A DNA stretch of 64,000 bases from positions 67,580,001-67,644,000 of the forward strand of contig CM059435.1 in assembly GCA_030390025.1 (NCBI GenBank), given 5' to 3'. Origin of the DNA: Squalus acanthias (Eukaryota). Shown piece by piece: positions 37,721 through 50,731 of the stretch. Under the pieces are notes generated by a model that was not told the origin of the DNA, did no database searches, and saw only the letters and a program-made list of their open reading frames with translations. Position 1 is the first letter of the stretch; each line of letters starts with the position of its first letter. The position numbers and the translations under genes were made by a program.

Positions 37721-38253
37721 TCAGTTTAATTCCTACAACCCCCAGTTAGTAATCACAGATAAACAGAAACAAGAACCACAAATAGAAATGCCTTTCTGGA
37801 GCCACCTATTTCCACAAGTCTTGTTACAATTTTTCTACCAATCTTGCTCGCATCAAGTCTTCATGATTAACAGACACAAAAAAAATTGAAGCTTTTATTT
37901 TGATGGACATTGATGAATTTTAAACTTACCGTACAATCCTTTTGAAAGGTTGCATCAATTTCCATGCATTGATGAGAGAAACAATTGAGTGGACTCTTTC
38001 ATTAGCTTTCTCTTTTCCAAGTGGCACAATTTTTAAAGGAATTCCAGGAGCAGAGCTGCCTCTCTCCAAGATGATCACTGCTGTCTCAGTGGGTTGGCTT
38101 TCAGTACCATGAATTCGTCCTCATTTCGTGAAACAAAACCAATGGTAAAATAATGCAGTTGCTGGAAGTCTTAAAAAAGGCTGAAAATGCTGGAAGAACG
38201 TAGGAAGGTCAGTCAGCATCACGTAAAAGCCTGAAGATTGTTGTACGAACAGA

Positions 38254-38444
38254 AGCCTGCTCCGCCATTCAATTAGATCATGGCTGATCTGTACCTGAAC
38301 CCATTGACCTGCCTTAGCTCCGTATCCCTTGATACCCTTACCCAACAAAAATCTTTTGATCTCAGTCTTGAAAGCTCCAATTGTCCCAAAATCCACAGCT
38401 TTTTGAGGGAGAGAATTCCAGATTTCTATTACCCTTTGCGTGAA
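38254..38444 (-). mobile_element. CR1 3' fragment (preceded by a degraded Penelope end at about 38155-38220)
   Basis: FTQRVIEIWNSLPQKAV..FKTEIKRFL. Confidence 0.85.
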
Positions 38445-40894
38445 GATGGCCTTAAAGATCTTGCTCCACTCTGGGGCAGGGCTTGATGTTAACAACCTCA
38501 CCAATTGCTTGGCAGAAATTCAGTGATAATTGTATAGTTTGATTCCAGCTGTATCTCTGAGCTGTGCCCCTATATTAGGAGCACAGGGTTGATTCATAGT
38601 TAACTGACTTTTGACATTATTGTCCCAAAGTATCGAAGTTTTGTGATATCCAAACATAAAATATAAGGTCCCCTGTGTAGCACATAAGTAGAGAATAATG
38701 GGTACGTGGAAGTGATTACAAGGCAGTGATATGATCAAGAGTTTCAGTGAACACCATAAACCTCGAGAGAAAAGCTTGAGCTGCTTATAACCGTGCTGTC
38801 AACCCTAAAATGAGATTACAGCTTCTACGTAACTGCAGGCTATCTATTTGTTCTAATATATATTCTGAACTTCAAAGTCCAATATTGTGCCTATATTTTC
38901 AGAGAAGTGGTCTTGTTGCAGCCATCCGTGGGCAGTGCACTGTGTGTGGTCGATGTGTAATGGCTTCTAGATTGATGGCTCAGCGTTTGTGAGCTGACAG
39001 CTGGGCGTTCATCCAGAGATATCATGGACCAGTTTCCTGGGAGGTTGGGCATCCAGTAAGTGTTAAAGCCTGTTTGCTTGAGAAATGAAACTCAAGAGCC
39101 TAAAAATAAGGTACCCACTTTGCTTAATCGCTGAGTGCAGTTGTACTTTTAAATCCCAGCGACATCGCAGTGACAGTGTAACTCACGAGTCAGTTCTTGA
39201 CTTGACTCAGAAGGGTAGTGACACGAGACACCCTGATGGAGACCGTCTCATGCCACCTTGCTTTGAGCCAGGTGGAGTACAATTGCAGGTTGGTTCTTGG
39301 GACGGAGGGGCAGGCTTCTGTCTGTTGGACCTCCTGGGCACTTTGGAAACTGAGGTTGAATTTCTTCCAATGTTTTGAGATTCCGAAACACGCATGCACC
39401 AAGGCAGTCAAAATTTCTCACTCGAAGGAGAACTCTTGCCCGCGCGTCTTCAGAGCTTTCTCTTGGCCACTAGAGCCATATTCACAACCAGGTCTAAATG
39501 AGCTGTGACCGGCTGGAAATTGGTACTGCAGCTACTGATCTGAGGCAGTCTATGTACTGAAGGAAGAACCATCTCAAAGTATTACAGGGAAAAACTACCA
39601 TTAACTGCTTCGTGAGCACACTTATCAAGCAGTTGCTTCCTGTCTTATAGAACAGAATTACAGTGTTCTTGCTGCTGCCTGGTTCATTGACTGCACTTTC
39701 TTTCTGACAGCTAGCGGCACAGATGCACCCTCAGAATATATCCAATGGCACATTCTGTTACATGCACAGAAGGTTCATATATATTAATAAGGAGAGTATT
39801 GCTAGGAAGGAATTCCGTAGAGTTAGATACTGATGTTCTACATACTAGTGGCTTCATTTTAATCTTGTTGTGCGTGATGTGGGAATGAGCGCACTAGTAA
39901 CTTGGTCAGTGACACAACTGCGAACAGTTGGGGCCAGTTTTTCATCGGCTGCAAAGCTTGTGGATATAATGGGGCCGACATGGATCCATGCAGGAAGAAG
40001 TGTTAAGTCAGGTCAGTAGGATGGTGGATTGATGTTTGATTGGCGTGGAGGTGCGTGCCCATTGAAGCCACTTACTGTGCCCTACGAGAAGGAAGGACAG
40101 TATTATAATCTTGCCTCGTGAGCCAGCTGTATAATCTTCCCATTTCATATTATTCTTTTGATCAGATCCATTTCCAGCTGCCTGCACTTGCTGGACTTGA
40201 CGTAAAATTCACTAACCCAGCGAGGGCAGGAACTCGCCATAGCCGCACGTGCGTTTGCTAATCTTCACGTGTAGCGGGTGGTATAAAGTAACATGGGGCC
40301 TAAGTGTGCTGTGGAAAGAGGCGCCTTTAAAAAGCGGCATCGTCTATTCACGAAAGTCGGTTTGGGCAAGTTTTATAAAGACAGTGAGACGTAACTTGTG
40401 CTAAAATGAATCATTACATGATATGTGCTTGACGTTACTTGGGATGAAAACGATGCACAGCTCCACTGGCTGCTGATGCTCAGCCAGAAATAAAAGTTTG
40501 CCAATTATTTATTTTCCTGGAAGCTGTGCCCCTTTAAGCTGTTTTCACACTTGTCTTCGGTATTACCAATGTAGATTCTTCATTTCGCACCCCTCAGTGC
40601 AATGAGAACAAATGTCACATTATGCGCTGGTCTCATTAAGCTTGCAGTAGAGTTCTGTGCTTTAATACGTTTGAATGTAGCTTGATCCCGTGTGTGAAAT
40701 CATTGTGTCAGCCTGTTGCTCAAACTGAGTGAGCCATGTGGCCAGCGGAGATTGCGAGCACAGAGCATGCAATGATCATCTTATCGAAGGAGATGGTCGA
40801 TGTCTGTGTGCGTCTGTGTGTGTGTGTTTATGTACAGTTTGACTTGGAGCAATGTAGGAAGTCTGGGGGAATCGTGGACATGATAGGGCCTAGC

Positions 40895-42054
40895 GTTGTG
40901 TCTGTCTTCACGGAAGAAGACACAAAAAACTTCCTGGAAATAGTGGAGAAACAAGGCTCTAGCGAGAATGAGGAACTGAAAGAAATTAGTATCAGTAAAA
41001 CAATAGTACTGGAGAAATTAATGGGACTGAAAGCCGATAAATCCCCATGACCTGATGGCCTACATCCTCGGGTTTTGAAAGAGGTGGCTATAGAGATAGC
41101 GGATGCATTGGTTGTCATTTTCCAAAATTCCATAGATTCTGGAACGGTTCCTGCGGATTGGAAGGTAGCAAATGTAACCCCACTATTTAAGAAAGGAGGG
41201 AGAGAGAGAACGGGGAACTACAGACCAGTTAGCCTGACATCAGTAGTAGGGAAAATGCTAGAACATGGTAACAGGGCACTTAGAAAATAATAATAATAAT
41301 AGGATTGGGCAGATTCAACACAGATTTATGAAAGGGAAATCGTGTTTGACAAATCTGTTAGAGTTTTTTGAGGTTGTAACTAGCAGAATAGATAAGGGGG
41401 AACCAGTGGATGTGGTGTATTTGGATTTTCAGAAGGCATTCGATAAGGTGCCACACAAGAGGTTATTAAACAAAATTAGGGCTCATGGGACTGGGGGTAA
41501 TATACTAGCATGGATTGAGGATTGGTTAATGGACAGAAAACAGAGATTAGGAATAAACGGGTCATTAGGCTGTAACTAGTGGGGTACCGCAAGGATCAAT
41601 GCTTGGGGCCTCAGTTATTCACAATCTACCTCAATGATTTGGATGAGGGGACCAAATGTAATATATCCAAGTTTGCTGATGATACAAAGCTGGGTGGGAA
41701 TGTAAGTTGTGAGGAGGATGCAAGGAGGCTTCAAGGGGATATAGACAGGCTAAGTGAGTGGGCAAGAACATGGCAAATGGAATATAATGAGGAGAAATGT
41801 GAAGTTATCCACTTTGGTAGGAAAAATAGAAAAGCAGAGTATTTTTTAAATGGTGAGAGATTGGGAAATGTTGGTGTTGTACACGAATCACTGAAAGTTA
41901 ACATGCAGGTACAGCAAGCAATTAGGAAAGCAAATGGTATGCTGGCCTTTATTACAAGAGGATTTGAGTATAAGAGTAAAGACGGCTTACTGCAATTATA
42001 TAGGGCCCTGGTGAGACCACACCTGGAGAATTGTGTACAGTTTTGGTCTCCTTA
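40895..42054 (+). mobile_element. CR1 reverse transcriptase core, frameshifted
   Basis: DWKVANVTPLFKKG..NYRPVSLTS, VYLDFQKAFDKVPH, KFADDTKLGG. Confidence 0.95.
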
Positions 42055-42380
42055 CCACAAACAGCAATGTGATAATGACCAGATAATCTGTTTTTGTTAT
42101 GTTGATTGAGGGATAAATATTGGCTAGGACACCAGGGAGAACTCCCCTGCTCTTCTTCGAAATAGTGCCATGGGATCTTTTACATCCACCTGAGAGAGCA
42201 GACGGGGCCTCGGTTTAATGTCTCACCGGAAAAACGGCACCTCCGACAGTGCGGCACTCCCTCAGTACTGCACTGGAGTGTCAGCCTAGCTTTATGTGCT
42301 CAATGTCCCTAGAGTGGGACTTGAACCCACAACCTTCTGACTCAGAGGCGAGTGAGCTGCCAACTGAACCACAGCTGACA
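42053..42380 (-). mobile_element. DeuSINE (SacSINE1-like), 3' part missing
   Basis: Head and Deu-type body match the other copies. Confidence 0.85.
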
Positions 42381-42754
42381 TATATGTCTGTGTGTGTGTG
42401 TCTGTGTGCGAGTGTGTGTGTGTATGTATGTGTGTGTGTGTATGTATGTGTATGTGTGTTTGTGTCTGTGTATATGTATATCTGTGAGTGTGTATGTGTG
42501 ACTGTGTATATTTGTTTGTGTGTCTGTCTNNNNNNNNNNNNNNNNNNNNNNNNNNNNNNNNNNNNNNNNNNNNNNNNNNNNNNNNNNNNNNNNNNNNNNN
42601 NNNNNNNNNNNNNNNNNNNNNNNNNNNNNNNNNNNNNNNNNNNNNNNNNNNNNNNNNNNNNGTACATGTATATATGCATGTGGACGTTTGTATCTGTACA
42701 TGTGTGCGTGTATATATGCGTGTGGACATGTGTATATATGCATGTGTGTATATA
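42381..42754. repeat. (TG/TA)n compound microsatellite containing a 132-N assembly gap (42530-42661)
   Basis: Seen directly. Confidence 0.95.
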
Positions 42755-43149
42755 AAAGAAAGAAAGACTTGCATTTATATAGCACCTTCCTAAAACACTT
42801 TACAGCCAATGAAGTACTTTTGAAGTGTAGTCACTGCTGTAATGTGGGAAACGCAGCAGCCAATTTGCGCTCAGCAAGCTCCCACAAACAACAATGTGAT
42901 AATGACCAAATAATCTGTTTTAGTGGTGTTGATTGAGGGGTACCAGGGACAACTCCCCTGCTCTTCTTCGAAATAGTGCCATGGGATCTTTTACGTCCAC
43001 CTGAGAGAGCAGACAGGGCCTCGGTTTAATGTCTCATCTGAAAGACAGCACCTCCGATAGTGCAGCATTTCCTCAGTGCTGTACTGGAGTGTCAGCTTAG
43101 ATCTTTGTGCTCAAGTCTCTGGAGCAGGACTTGAACCCACAACCTTCTA

Positions 43150-43181
<32 letters not shown>

Positions 43182-43190
43182 TGGCTGACA
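42755..43190 (-). mobile_element. Near full-length DeuSINE (SacSINE1-like)
   Basis: A-box TGGCTCAGTGG and B-box GGTTCAAGTCC on the minus strand; body; L2-like tail with (ttct)n. Confidence 0.88.
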
Positions 43191-43291
43191 CTCTTTTATG
43201 TTTGTGTTTATCTATATGTGTGTGTGCATGTGTGTGTGTGTATGTATGTATGCATGTTTGTGTGTGTATATGTATGTGTGCATGTATATAT

Positions 43292-44129
43292 AGTGTTAAA
43301 CAGTGAGGAAGATAGTAATAGACTTTAAGAAGACATGGACAGGCTGGTGGAATGGGCGGACACATGGCAGATGAAATTCAATGCAGAGAAGCGTGAAGTG
43401 ATACATTTTGGTAGGAAGAATGAGGAGAGACAATACAAGCTAAATGATACAATTTTAAAGGGGGTACAAGACCAGAGAGACCTGGGGGTGTTTGTGCACA
43501 AATATTAGAAGGTGGTAGGACAGGTTAACAAAGCAGATAATAAAGCACATGGGATTCTGGGCTTTATAAATAGAGGCGTAGAGTACAAAAAGGTCTGGGC
43601 ACCAAACTTTAGGAAGGACATGAGGCTTTGCAGAAGGTACAGAGAGATTTACTAGAATGGTTCCAGGGATGAGGGATTACAGTTACATGGATAGACTAGA
43701 GATGCTGGGGTTGTTCTCCTTGGAGCAGAGAAGGCTAAGAGGAGAATTGATAGAGGTATTTAAAATTATGAAGGGTTTAGATAGAGTAAGTAAAGAGAAA
43801 CTGTTTCCAATGGCTGAAGGGTCAGTAATGAGAGGACACAGATTTAAGGTGATTGGCAAAAGAACCAGAGGCGATATGAGGAAAAACTTTATTACGCAAA
43901 AAAAAAGTGGTTAGGATTTGGAATGCACTGCCTGATAGGGTAGTGGATACAGATTCAATAGTAGCCTTCAAAGGGGAATTGAATAAATACTTGAAGGAGA
44001 AAAAATTGCAGCGATATGAAGAAAGAACGGGGGAGTGGGACTAACTGCATTGCTCTTTGACACAGCCGGCACAGACTCGATGGGCCGAATGGCCTCCTTC
44101 TGTGCTGTACTATTCTAAGATTCTATGAT
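43292..44129 (+). mobile_element. CR1 3' fragment with internal deletion
   Basis: WADTWQMKFN, LEQRRLRGELIEVFKIM; CR1 tail. Confidence 0.9.
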
Positions 44130-46899
44130 ATATATGTGTGTGTGTGTGTGTGAACTGTAGTTGATTAAGCCAGGTTTGGTTAGTACAACTGAACAGCCTG
44201 TGCAATATCCCATTCTGACACCTCATAACATTCTAAAGTATCATTACAATATCCCAGAACTGGGGAAGGGCAAATATTGCAATTTGTTTTTAAGCACAAT
44301 GGATTGATATTCATACATAAACACTTAATGTGTTTGTATGAAAGTCCTTTGAGTGCTATTTTAACAAGGCAGTAACCCACTTATTTCTTTGTCGAAATAG
44401 TGAACAAAGTAATTTCATTCAAATAATATTAAACTGGGTCACTGTGTTAATATTGCACAGCATAATTTCAGCCCATAAACCAATTAGGATGGAATATGAG
44501 CCTTTAAGGCAGTTTCACATTTCATCATCTCTTTTGAGGCACTTCTGTTATGATCTGAAAATACATTATTAATTTCCTCCATCCAGAGATTACCTCAAGA
44601 GCTTTAGCATTAAGTCAAACAGAGTTGCTGTTGGCTTTTCTTATTCATGTTAATCTCTTGCTCCTACAAGCATAGAGAAAGCCCTCCTGTACATTTACCA
44701 TAGGCAGTGAAGCATGGCCCGTGTCATTCAAGGGTCACTATGGAGTCACCAAAACTAAGCCATGTTGTCACCCAGGTTTCATTCAGGTATACTGGTGGCT
44801 GAGTGGAATTTTCATATTATGCCCTCTTGAACGGAATACAGTTTTACAATTCTAGACTTTGCCGTTCCAAAACAGACGTGGGTTTGGAGAGAGCTCTTTG
44901 CGTTAGATGACTCTGAGGTGGAGATTTGGTGGTTACTAGCGGTGGGGGAAAATTTAAATAATGAACTTTGGCCAACTTTATTTGCATCGCATGTTGGTAG
45001 TAGAAGATTAAATAAGCCTAGCAACAAAACTGGATTAAAAAAAACTCTCATAAATCCGACAGAGGATGAAAAATTAAAGGATAAATGATCAGAACATCAG
45101 AACAGAAGTCCCAGGGAAGGGCTTTTAATATTTTAAACATTACAAGTTGTACAGTATAAAACTTCACTTACTGTGAAGGGTGCATTCAAATCCGGTGTGA
45201 CAAAAACTCTTCATTTTAGCATTTTATTGAAGAAATCTAAGACATACTGATCTCAAACTTGAAGACCTGTAAGCCTTGAAATGGCTGCTGATGATAGCAA
45301 CAGATTGACGCTTAATGCTTTAGTGTGATCTCTGTCCGCTGTTATAATATGGCCATTAGACAGGGTTAACACCTCTGCTACAACAGTGAATGTCACGTAA
45401 GCACGTTAGCCTAGATTTTCTGAACGACCGTAACCCATTTTTGGTTAATGCCAATTGGCACATCTCATTTCATCTCTGAAATCGCCATCAGTAGTTTCTG
45501 GGACTGCAGGGTCTCTTTCACAGGGATCTGAGGTAACTCTGGAAGGTTGGCTCTGTACATTTTTGAACGGTGTCTCACGCTGCAAAGGCGATTATTCACG
45601 GGCCTGTAAACAAAGATGGCATCCTGTGTTGTCAAGCAGTGATGACATTGTCATTTGACTACCTTCATTTCAAACTGTCAGGAATTTAGTTAGAGCTGAA
45701 AATAATATTTTTATTAATAACTGGTTATCAAAGGCACTGCTGAGATGTTCTCCCCTTGAGTTTTGTTCCAAAATGAGGGGGAAAACCCCAAATAAAGTTT
45801 ATCGTTATCCAGAGCTTTAAAATCAAGTGTCAGACATCATTGCTTCATGGCAGTACATTAGAGCTGATTCCAAGTGTCACAGTATCGTTGGATGATGAGC
45901 AAATGTTTGCATTGTTCTGAAGTTTAATATAGATTTTGAGTCATATTTCCGCAGCATGAGTATTAGAGTGATGCATGTTGACAGGAGTAGGATTTCGTTA
46001 TCTGCAGGAAGGTGGCAAACAAGGAGACGGAACTGTCACGGTGGCTGTTCTGCATGCAGACTGCTGCCCATTCTAGCTGGAGGTGTTCGCCTTGCACAAT
46101 TAAATAGCAGGTTTTCCCTGGACCTTCATTACGATTGCTTCACTTTCAAATATCCTCTCGGCAAAACTGTCAGATTAGCTCCTAATTGCGGCTTTCTTTT
46201 GAACGTATGGCACTTGAGCTGCAGAGGGTGAAGTGGTGTCAAGTCAAGGTTGGTGGCCTCGTCTCCATCTGCTGTGTTTTGTGCGGTGGGTGGGGGGCTG
46301 GGGAGCAGGGGGAAGGAAGACCTGTTCTCTGAAATTCCACCCTGTAAGAATCTTAATTCTTAAGCTCAAATCAAGTGTTGAGTCTATCTGAAAAGTGAAA
46401 ATGGGAGCAAATCAGCTTTGGAAGATCATACTTAGACCAACTCAACTCGGAAGGAGTCCTTAGTGTACGCTGAAGCCATGATCTTCTACCACCAGAAATG
46501 AAAATTAGACTTCATTGCGTTCAGAGCGTACAGTTCACATATTGATTGCACATCATCTTTTTATTAGTTATCAATCTTCTAGATGTTCAAAATCTAGACT
46601 AGATTTGTACTCTTAAGTGCTTTCTCCATTCAAGACTTGAAGAGGTTTAAGATGCACAACTTGTATGATTTCATAATGACCGTATCTTGAGATGTACACA
46701 GTTAATAGTGATTTCAATAGAACGATTCTCTTTTTTTGTGTAATAGAGATGAAATGTATTGCATACACTGAGAAACTAATGCAAGCTGCCATCTTTTGTG
46801 AGTCCATAATTAATATGCACCCCTGGTATCTGCTTTCGTTATATCACAGCACCTGACAGCATTTGTCTCATTGTTGCCACTACACCAGGGCTTCCCCAG

Positions 46900-46942
46900 T
46901 ATGGCTTTATTTGCCTAAAGGATATCGTGATGGATTAACAGG
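46900..46942 (+). CDS. CNTN1: Candidate CNTN1 alternative microexon (acceptor at 46900 or 46921); frame unresolved
   Basis: Strong donor GG|gtaagt. The only open frame reads (VWLYLPK)GYRDGLT, positionally similar to human YGHGVS, but the length is 3n+1. Confidence 0.35.
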
Positions 46943-47673
46943 GTAAGTAGTTAAAAGAAAGATTGAGCAGCATGTTTTGGCAGATGCACATTACGGACTC
47001 ACAAAAGTCACCCCATCGGATCAATGCTTTGGCTCTTCAAACTGTTTGGGCATGTTACGGAAATTTGAAGTCTAAATAATGACGTTTGGAGGAGTTAAAG
47101 ACATAGACTGACTGCTTCTGTCTGAAGAAAAGTCAATGGAATCTTCTATTGGGAAAAGAGTAAGAGTTGAACCTGTGTTACAGAAAACAATGCATCTTGA
47201 GCAATGGCTTGGTTTATGGGCTTTGAGTAGAAGGTGTGGTGAATGTAAGATAGAATGGTGAGCCCAAGGTGATCGCGTAATCTCAGGAAGAATAAGTCTG
47301 TCTTCAATGCTGGGCGAATATTGATGGAAAGGAAGGAAGAGCTGCACTCTCTATCAGTCTGTGCTCTTTTATTGCATGTGTTGCCATGGAAAGTGAAGTA
47401 AATAGGGAGTGGCATGGTGACAAGCCGGCCAAGTGGTAGTATTTTATTGACATTAAAAGAAAGGTAGGAAGGGTTAAAAAAAGAGTGGTGTGTTGCTGTA
47501 CCAGTACTGGGAAAAGAGGTGATGAGAAGGTAGGCCAGGTTATCCTCCCAATGGATGGACCACATCAGACCAGCACATTTATAACACATATGCTACTTAG
47601 ATTTGTAGGACATGCCACAGTATTTCTTACAGGTGCTGTCTCTGGCTATAATAGCTTTGTGTTGTACTTGCAG

Positions 47674-47800
47674 AAGACAGCAGGCAGCATGGACCAGTGT
47701 TTGAAGAACAACCACTGCCTACCATCTACCCAGAAGAGTCTGAGGAGGCAAAAGTGTCACTAAACTGCCGAGCTCGGGCAATTCCTCCCCCAGTCTACAG
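47674..47800 (+). CDS. CNTN1: Contactin-1 exon, Ig1 N-terminal half
   Basis: gtacttgcag|..|gtaaaa; [42 protein letters not shown](R) versus human [42 protein letters not shown]. Confidence 0.95.
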
Positions 47801-48167
47801 GTAAAAGAAACTGCTTTTTTTCTGCATAAATGTGCCAGTGTGTTGTTATGGGTGTTCAAAGGAATGTAGTTACATGTGTTTGGTATCGATATTAGAAGGT
47901 ATGTCAAACCTGCTTTACCTCACTTTATGTTCCCTTTTACTTTTCCTACTCCTCTATTGTCATCATTTGATCACCAGGTGAGTACTGGAATGGCTTTCAT
48001 TTAGCCTCTGCATTCATGTAAAATGCGCACCATGTACACTGTCGCTGTTTTCATTGTGTCTAATATAATTGCAGGAACGTGTTGTGTGCTGGGACCTCCC
48101 CTGGTTGCACGGGCCTTTCTCTCTGTATTTTTTTTACATGTAGAAATGTGCTTTGTGTTTGATGTAG

Positions 48168-48340
48168 GTGGAAGCTAAACAACCGGGACATTAAATTGGA
48201 CGATACCCGCTACAGTATGATCGGCGGCAACCTAGTTATCAACAACCCGGAGAAGGCGAAGGACCGTGGCAAGTACCAGTGCCTGGCAACAAACAAGTAC
48301 GGAACCATCATCAGCAAAGAGGCCGAGCTGCAATTTGGAT
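48168..48340 (+). CDS. CNTN1: Contactin-1 exon, Ig1 C-terminal half
   Basis: gatgtag|..|gtacgt, 173 nt, phase-compatible; [57 protein letters not shown] versus human [30 protein letters not shown]. Confidence 0.95.
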
Positions 48341-48437
48341 GTACGTAGTTATCTGGGAACCAGAAATCCTCCTAAATAGATCTCTGTGCCAGTTAGTATT
48401 TGTTGGGTATTTTATTGTTGCCATTTGTTTCTTCTGG

Positions 48438-48887
48438 GTGTCAGCCTTGGCTCTGTGGGTAGCAGTCTCTCCTTGGAGTGAGAAGGTTGTGGCTTCAAGT
48501 CTCACTCCAGAGAGTTGTGCACATAATCTAGGCTGATACTTCAGTGCAGTACTGAGGGGGTGCTGCACTGTCAGAGGTGCCGTCTTTTGGTTGAGATGGT
48601 AAATCAAGACCCCGTCTACCCCCTCAGATGGACATAAAAGGTTCCATGGCACTATTGGAAGAATTCTCCTGGAGTTCTGGTCATTTATTCCTCACCCAAT
48701 ATCACTGGAAAAAACAGATGATCTGGTCATTCATCTCATTGTGGGACCTTGCTGTGTGCAATTATACTGTCGCGTTACCTACATTGCAATAGTGACTGCG
48801 CTTCAAAAAGTACTTTATTGGCTGTGAAGTGCTTTGGGACATCCTGAGTTTATGAAAGGAGCTGTGGAAATGCAAGTTCTTTCTTTT
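48438..48887 (+). mobile_element. Full-length diverged DeuSINE (SacSINE1-like)
   Basis: gtgtcagccttggctc..gaaggttgtggcttcaagtc head, Deu-type body, tail aaatgcaagttctttc. Confidence 0.85.
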
Positions 48888-49906
48888 CCTCAGAATCTCC
48901 TGAAAGCCTTGTCTTTGTGACAAAAATGAAGCATCTTTATCTTTGTTAAACTACCTATTGATTTGTGGCCACAATACACACATAGAGTTAAGGTCAGTTA
49001 TTGCTAGCTGTTTTCTGTAAGTTACATAACAAGCCCACTAATATTCACACTCAGGGCAAGGCAGAAAATGGTTCTGCTGGTCTGCCTGGTCTGTTTGCTG
49101 CTGTGGTATCTAGATGGGGACCCATCCAGTAGGTAACTCCAAGTATTTGGCACAGATCAATGAATCTAACCATCCCATCCAATTCCAAACAACCTGGTGA
49201 TTTTGATTGACAGCTGTGTCTGGTGTGAAGACAGGACTGTGTGGGTGACCGGGCCAGCGATTCTCCTGATGGATAGCTCTGTGGCCAGGAGCTTCCGATT
49301 CTGGGCTCATGTTTGGTGCATGGGCTCAGCTTGGCAGTCAGCCTGAAGCCAGCAAGGAGACTGAGCTTGGATGTTGCTCCACGGTAGCGTTTCACCACGT
49401 AAGAAGTGGGCAACTGTCGAGAGGTAGTGCAGGACGAGTGTCTTTGTTACGTTGATGTTCTACCGAGAACTGCTTATTTACCTGTTCAAGGTTAAATAAA
49501 TTTGTCTATTGGTTTCTAGTCTGAGCCTCGGTCTGATAGTGTACAGAAGATGAGTGGTTCACATAACAGCACATGATGTATTGCAGTAGGCTGGAGTACC
49601 ATGGCAAGGGTTCTCTGTTTGCCCCTGGGACTTGCTGTATTTACCTAGATATTGAGGAGATAAAGACGTACTTTGGCTGGTAGCAACCGGGAGGTTCACT
49701 TAAGGGAATGGTCATTGACACTGTAACCCAAATAATGCATCGAGTAAAAAACCAGAACATAACCGCATCCATCCTTCGAGAGGGTCCGAGAAGAACAGTC
49801 CAAATGATTTTGCGTCTTAAAATTACTTAGTTAGGAGGAGGAGCTTGCAGAATTAAAGATTAAGAGAGGATCAAATCCAGGTTTCTGGAAAGGAATGGAT
49901 CAGAAA

Positions 49907-50065
49907 AGCTTTTATTTATATAAAGTTTTATCACGTCTTCGAAACGTCTCAAAGTGCTTCATGTACAAGGAATTTAACTCGCTGCTGTGTTGTCCAACGT
50001 GACAGACCTTTTTGCACTGAATTAGGTCTCGCGAACATCAATGAGTTCAACGATCAGTTATCTGA
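49907..50065 (-). mobile_element. Degraded DeuSINE 3' end
   Basis: atttatataaag..acgtctcaaagtgcttca. Confidence 0.5.
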
Positions 50066-50731
50066 GGTTTTTTATTGTGTGTGGCCAGTCAGGTTTCAGC
50101 AATGTAGGCTGTGATAATTCATTGATATCCGGGAGCCTTTCGCAGTTACCTTCAGGCCAGGGAGAAATGTTGAAGGAATTGCTTTCGGACATTTTATGTG
50201 TATTTGTTTATTTCCCTTAGGAGCTTGTAGATAAATCCAGCACGCTATTTCAAATTAAACTCTGATGGTAGGACAAGGGGGCACAAGTTCAAAGTAATGA
50301 AAATAATTTATTTTCTGATGTCAGGAAGTTCTTCATGTAGAGTCCTCAATGCGTTGAATAGACTCCTGGGTACAGCAGTGGTTTTCGAACTGTCTTGTGT
50401 GGGGAAACCCACTGTGCTCCCAGGGAGCCCCCTCTGACCAGACCTCCAGAAGATAGCGTCAGCCGAACCAAAATAGGGCCATATCCCCGCAGAAATATTT
50501 TTTTATTATCCGACAGCAACAGGCAGGCTAAATAATACAGAAATATACAAGGACTGCATTTTGAAAACCTGTGTGCTCGATTGGTGGAGACCAAAGATGG
50601 TTTCTAAGAAACAGTCGGATGTAGTGATGGAAGCGCTATCGCTTCTTTTAAGAAGGATGAACTTAGACGGGCAGGATAGTTTTTCTCATCATATCTATCC
50701 CGAGATCTTTTGTAAATTGGAGAGGTCCATG

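Noticed and set aside
42249-42936. ORFs spanning the N run
   Set aside because: Microsatellite plus assembly gap.
47674-48340. Assignment to CNTN2 or CNTN3-6
   Set aside because: [31 protein letters not shown] and the signal peptide match recalled CNTN1 best; a phylogeny would be needed for certainty.
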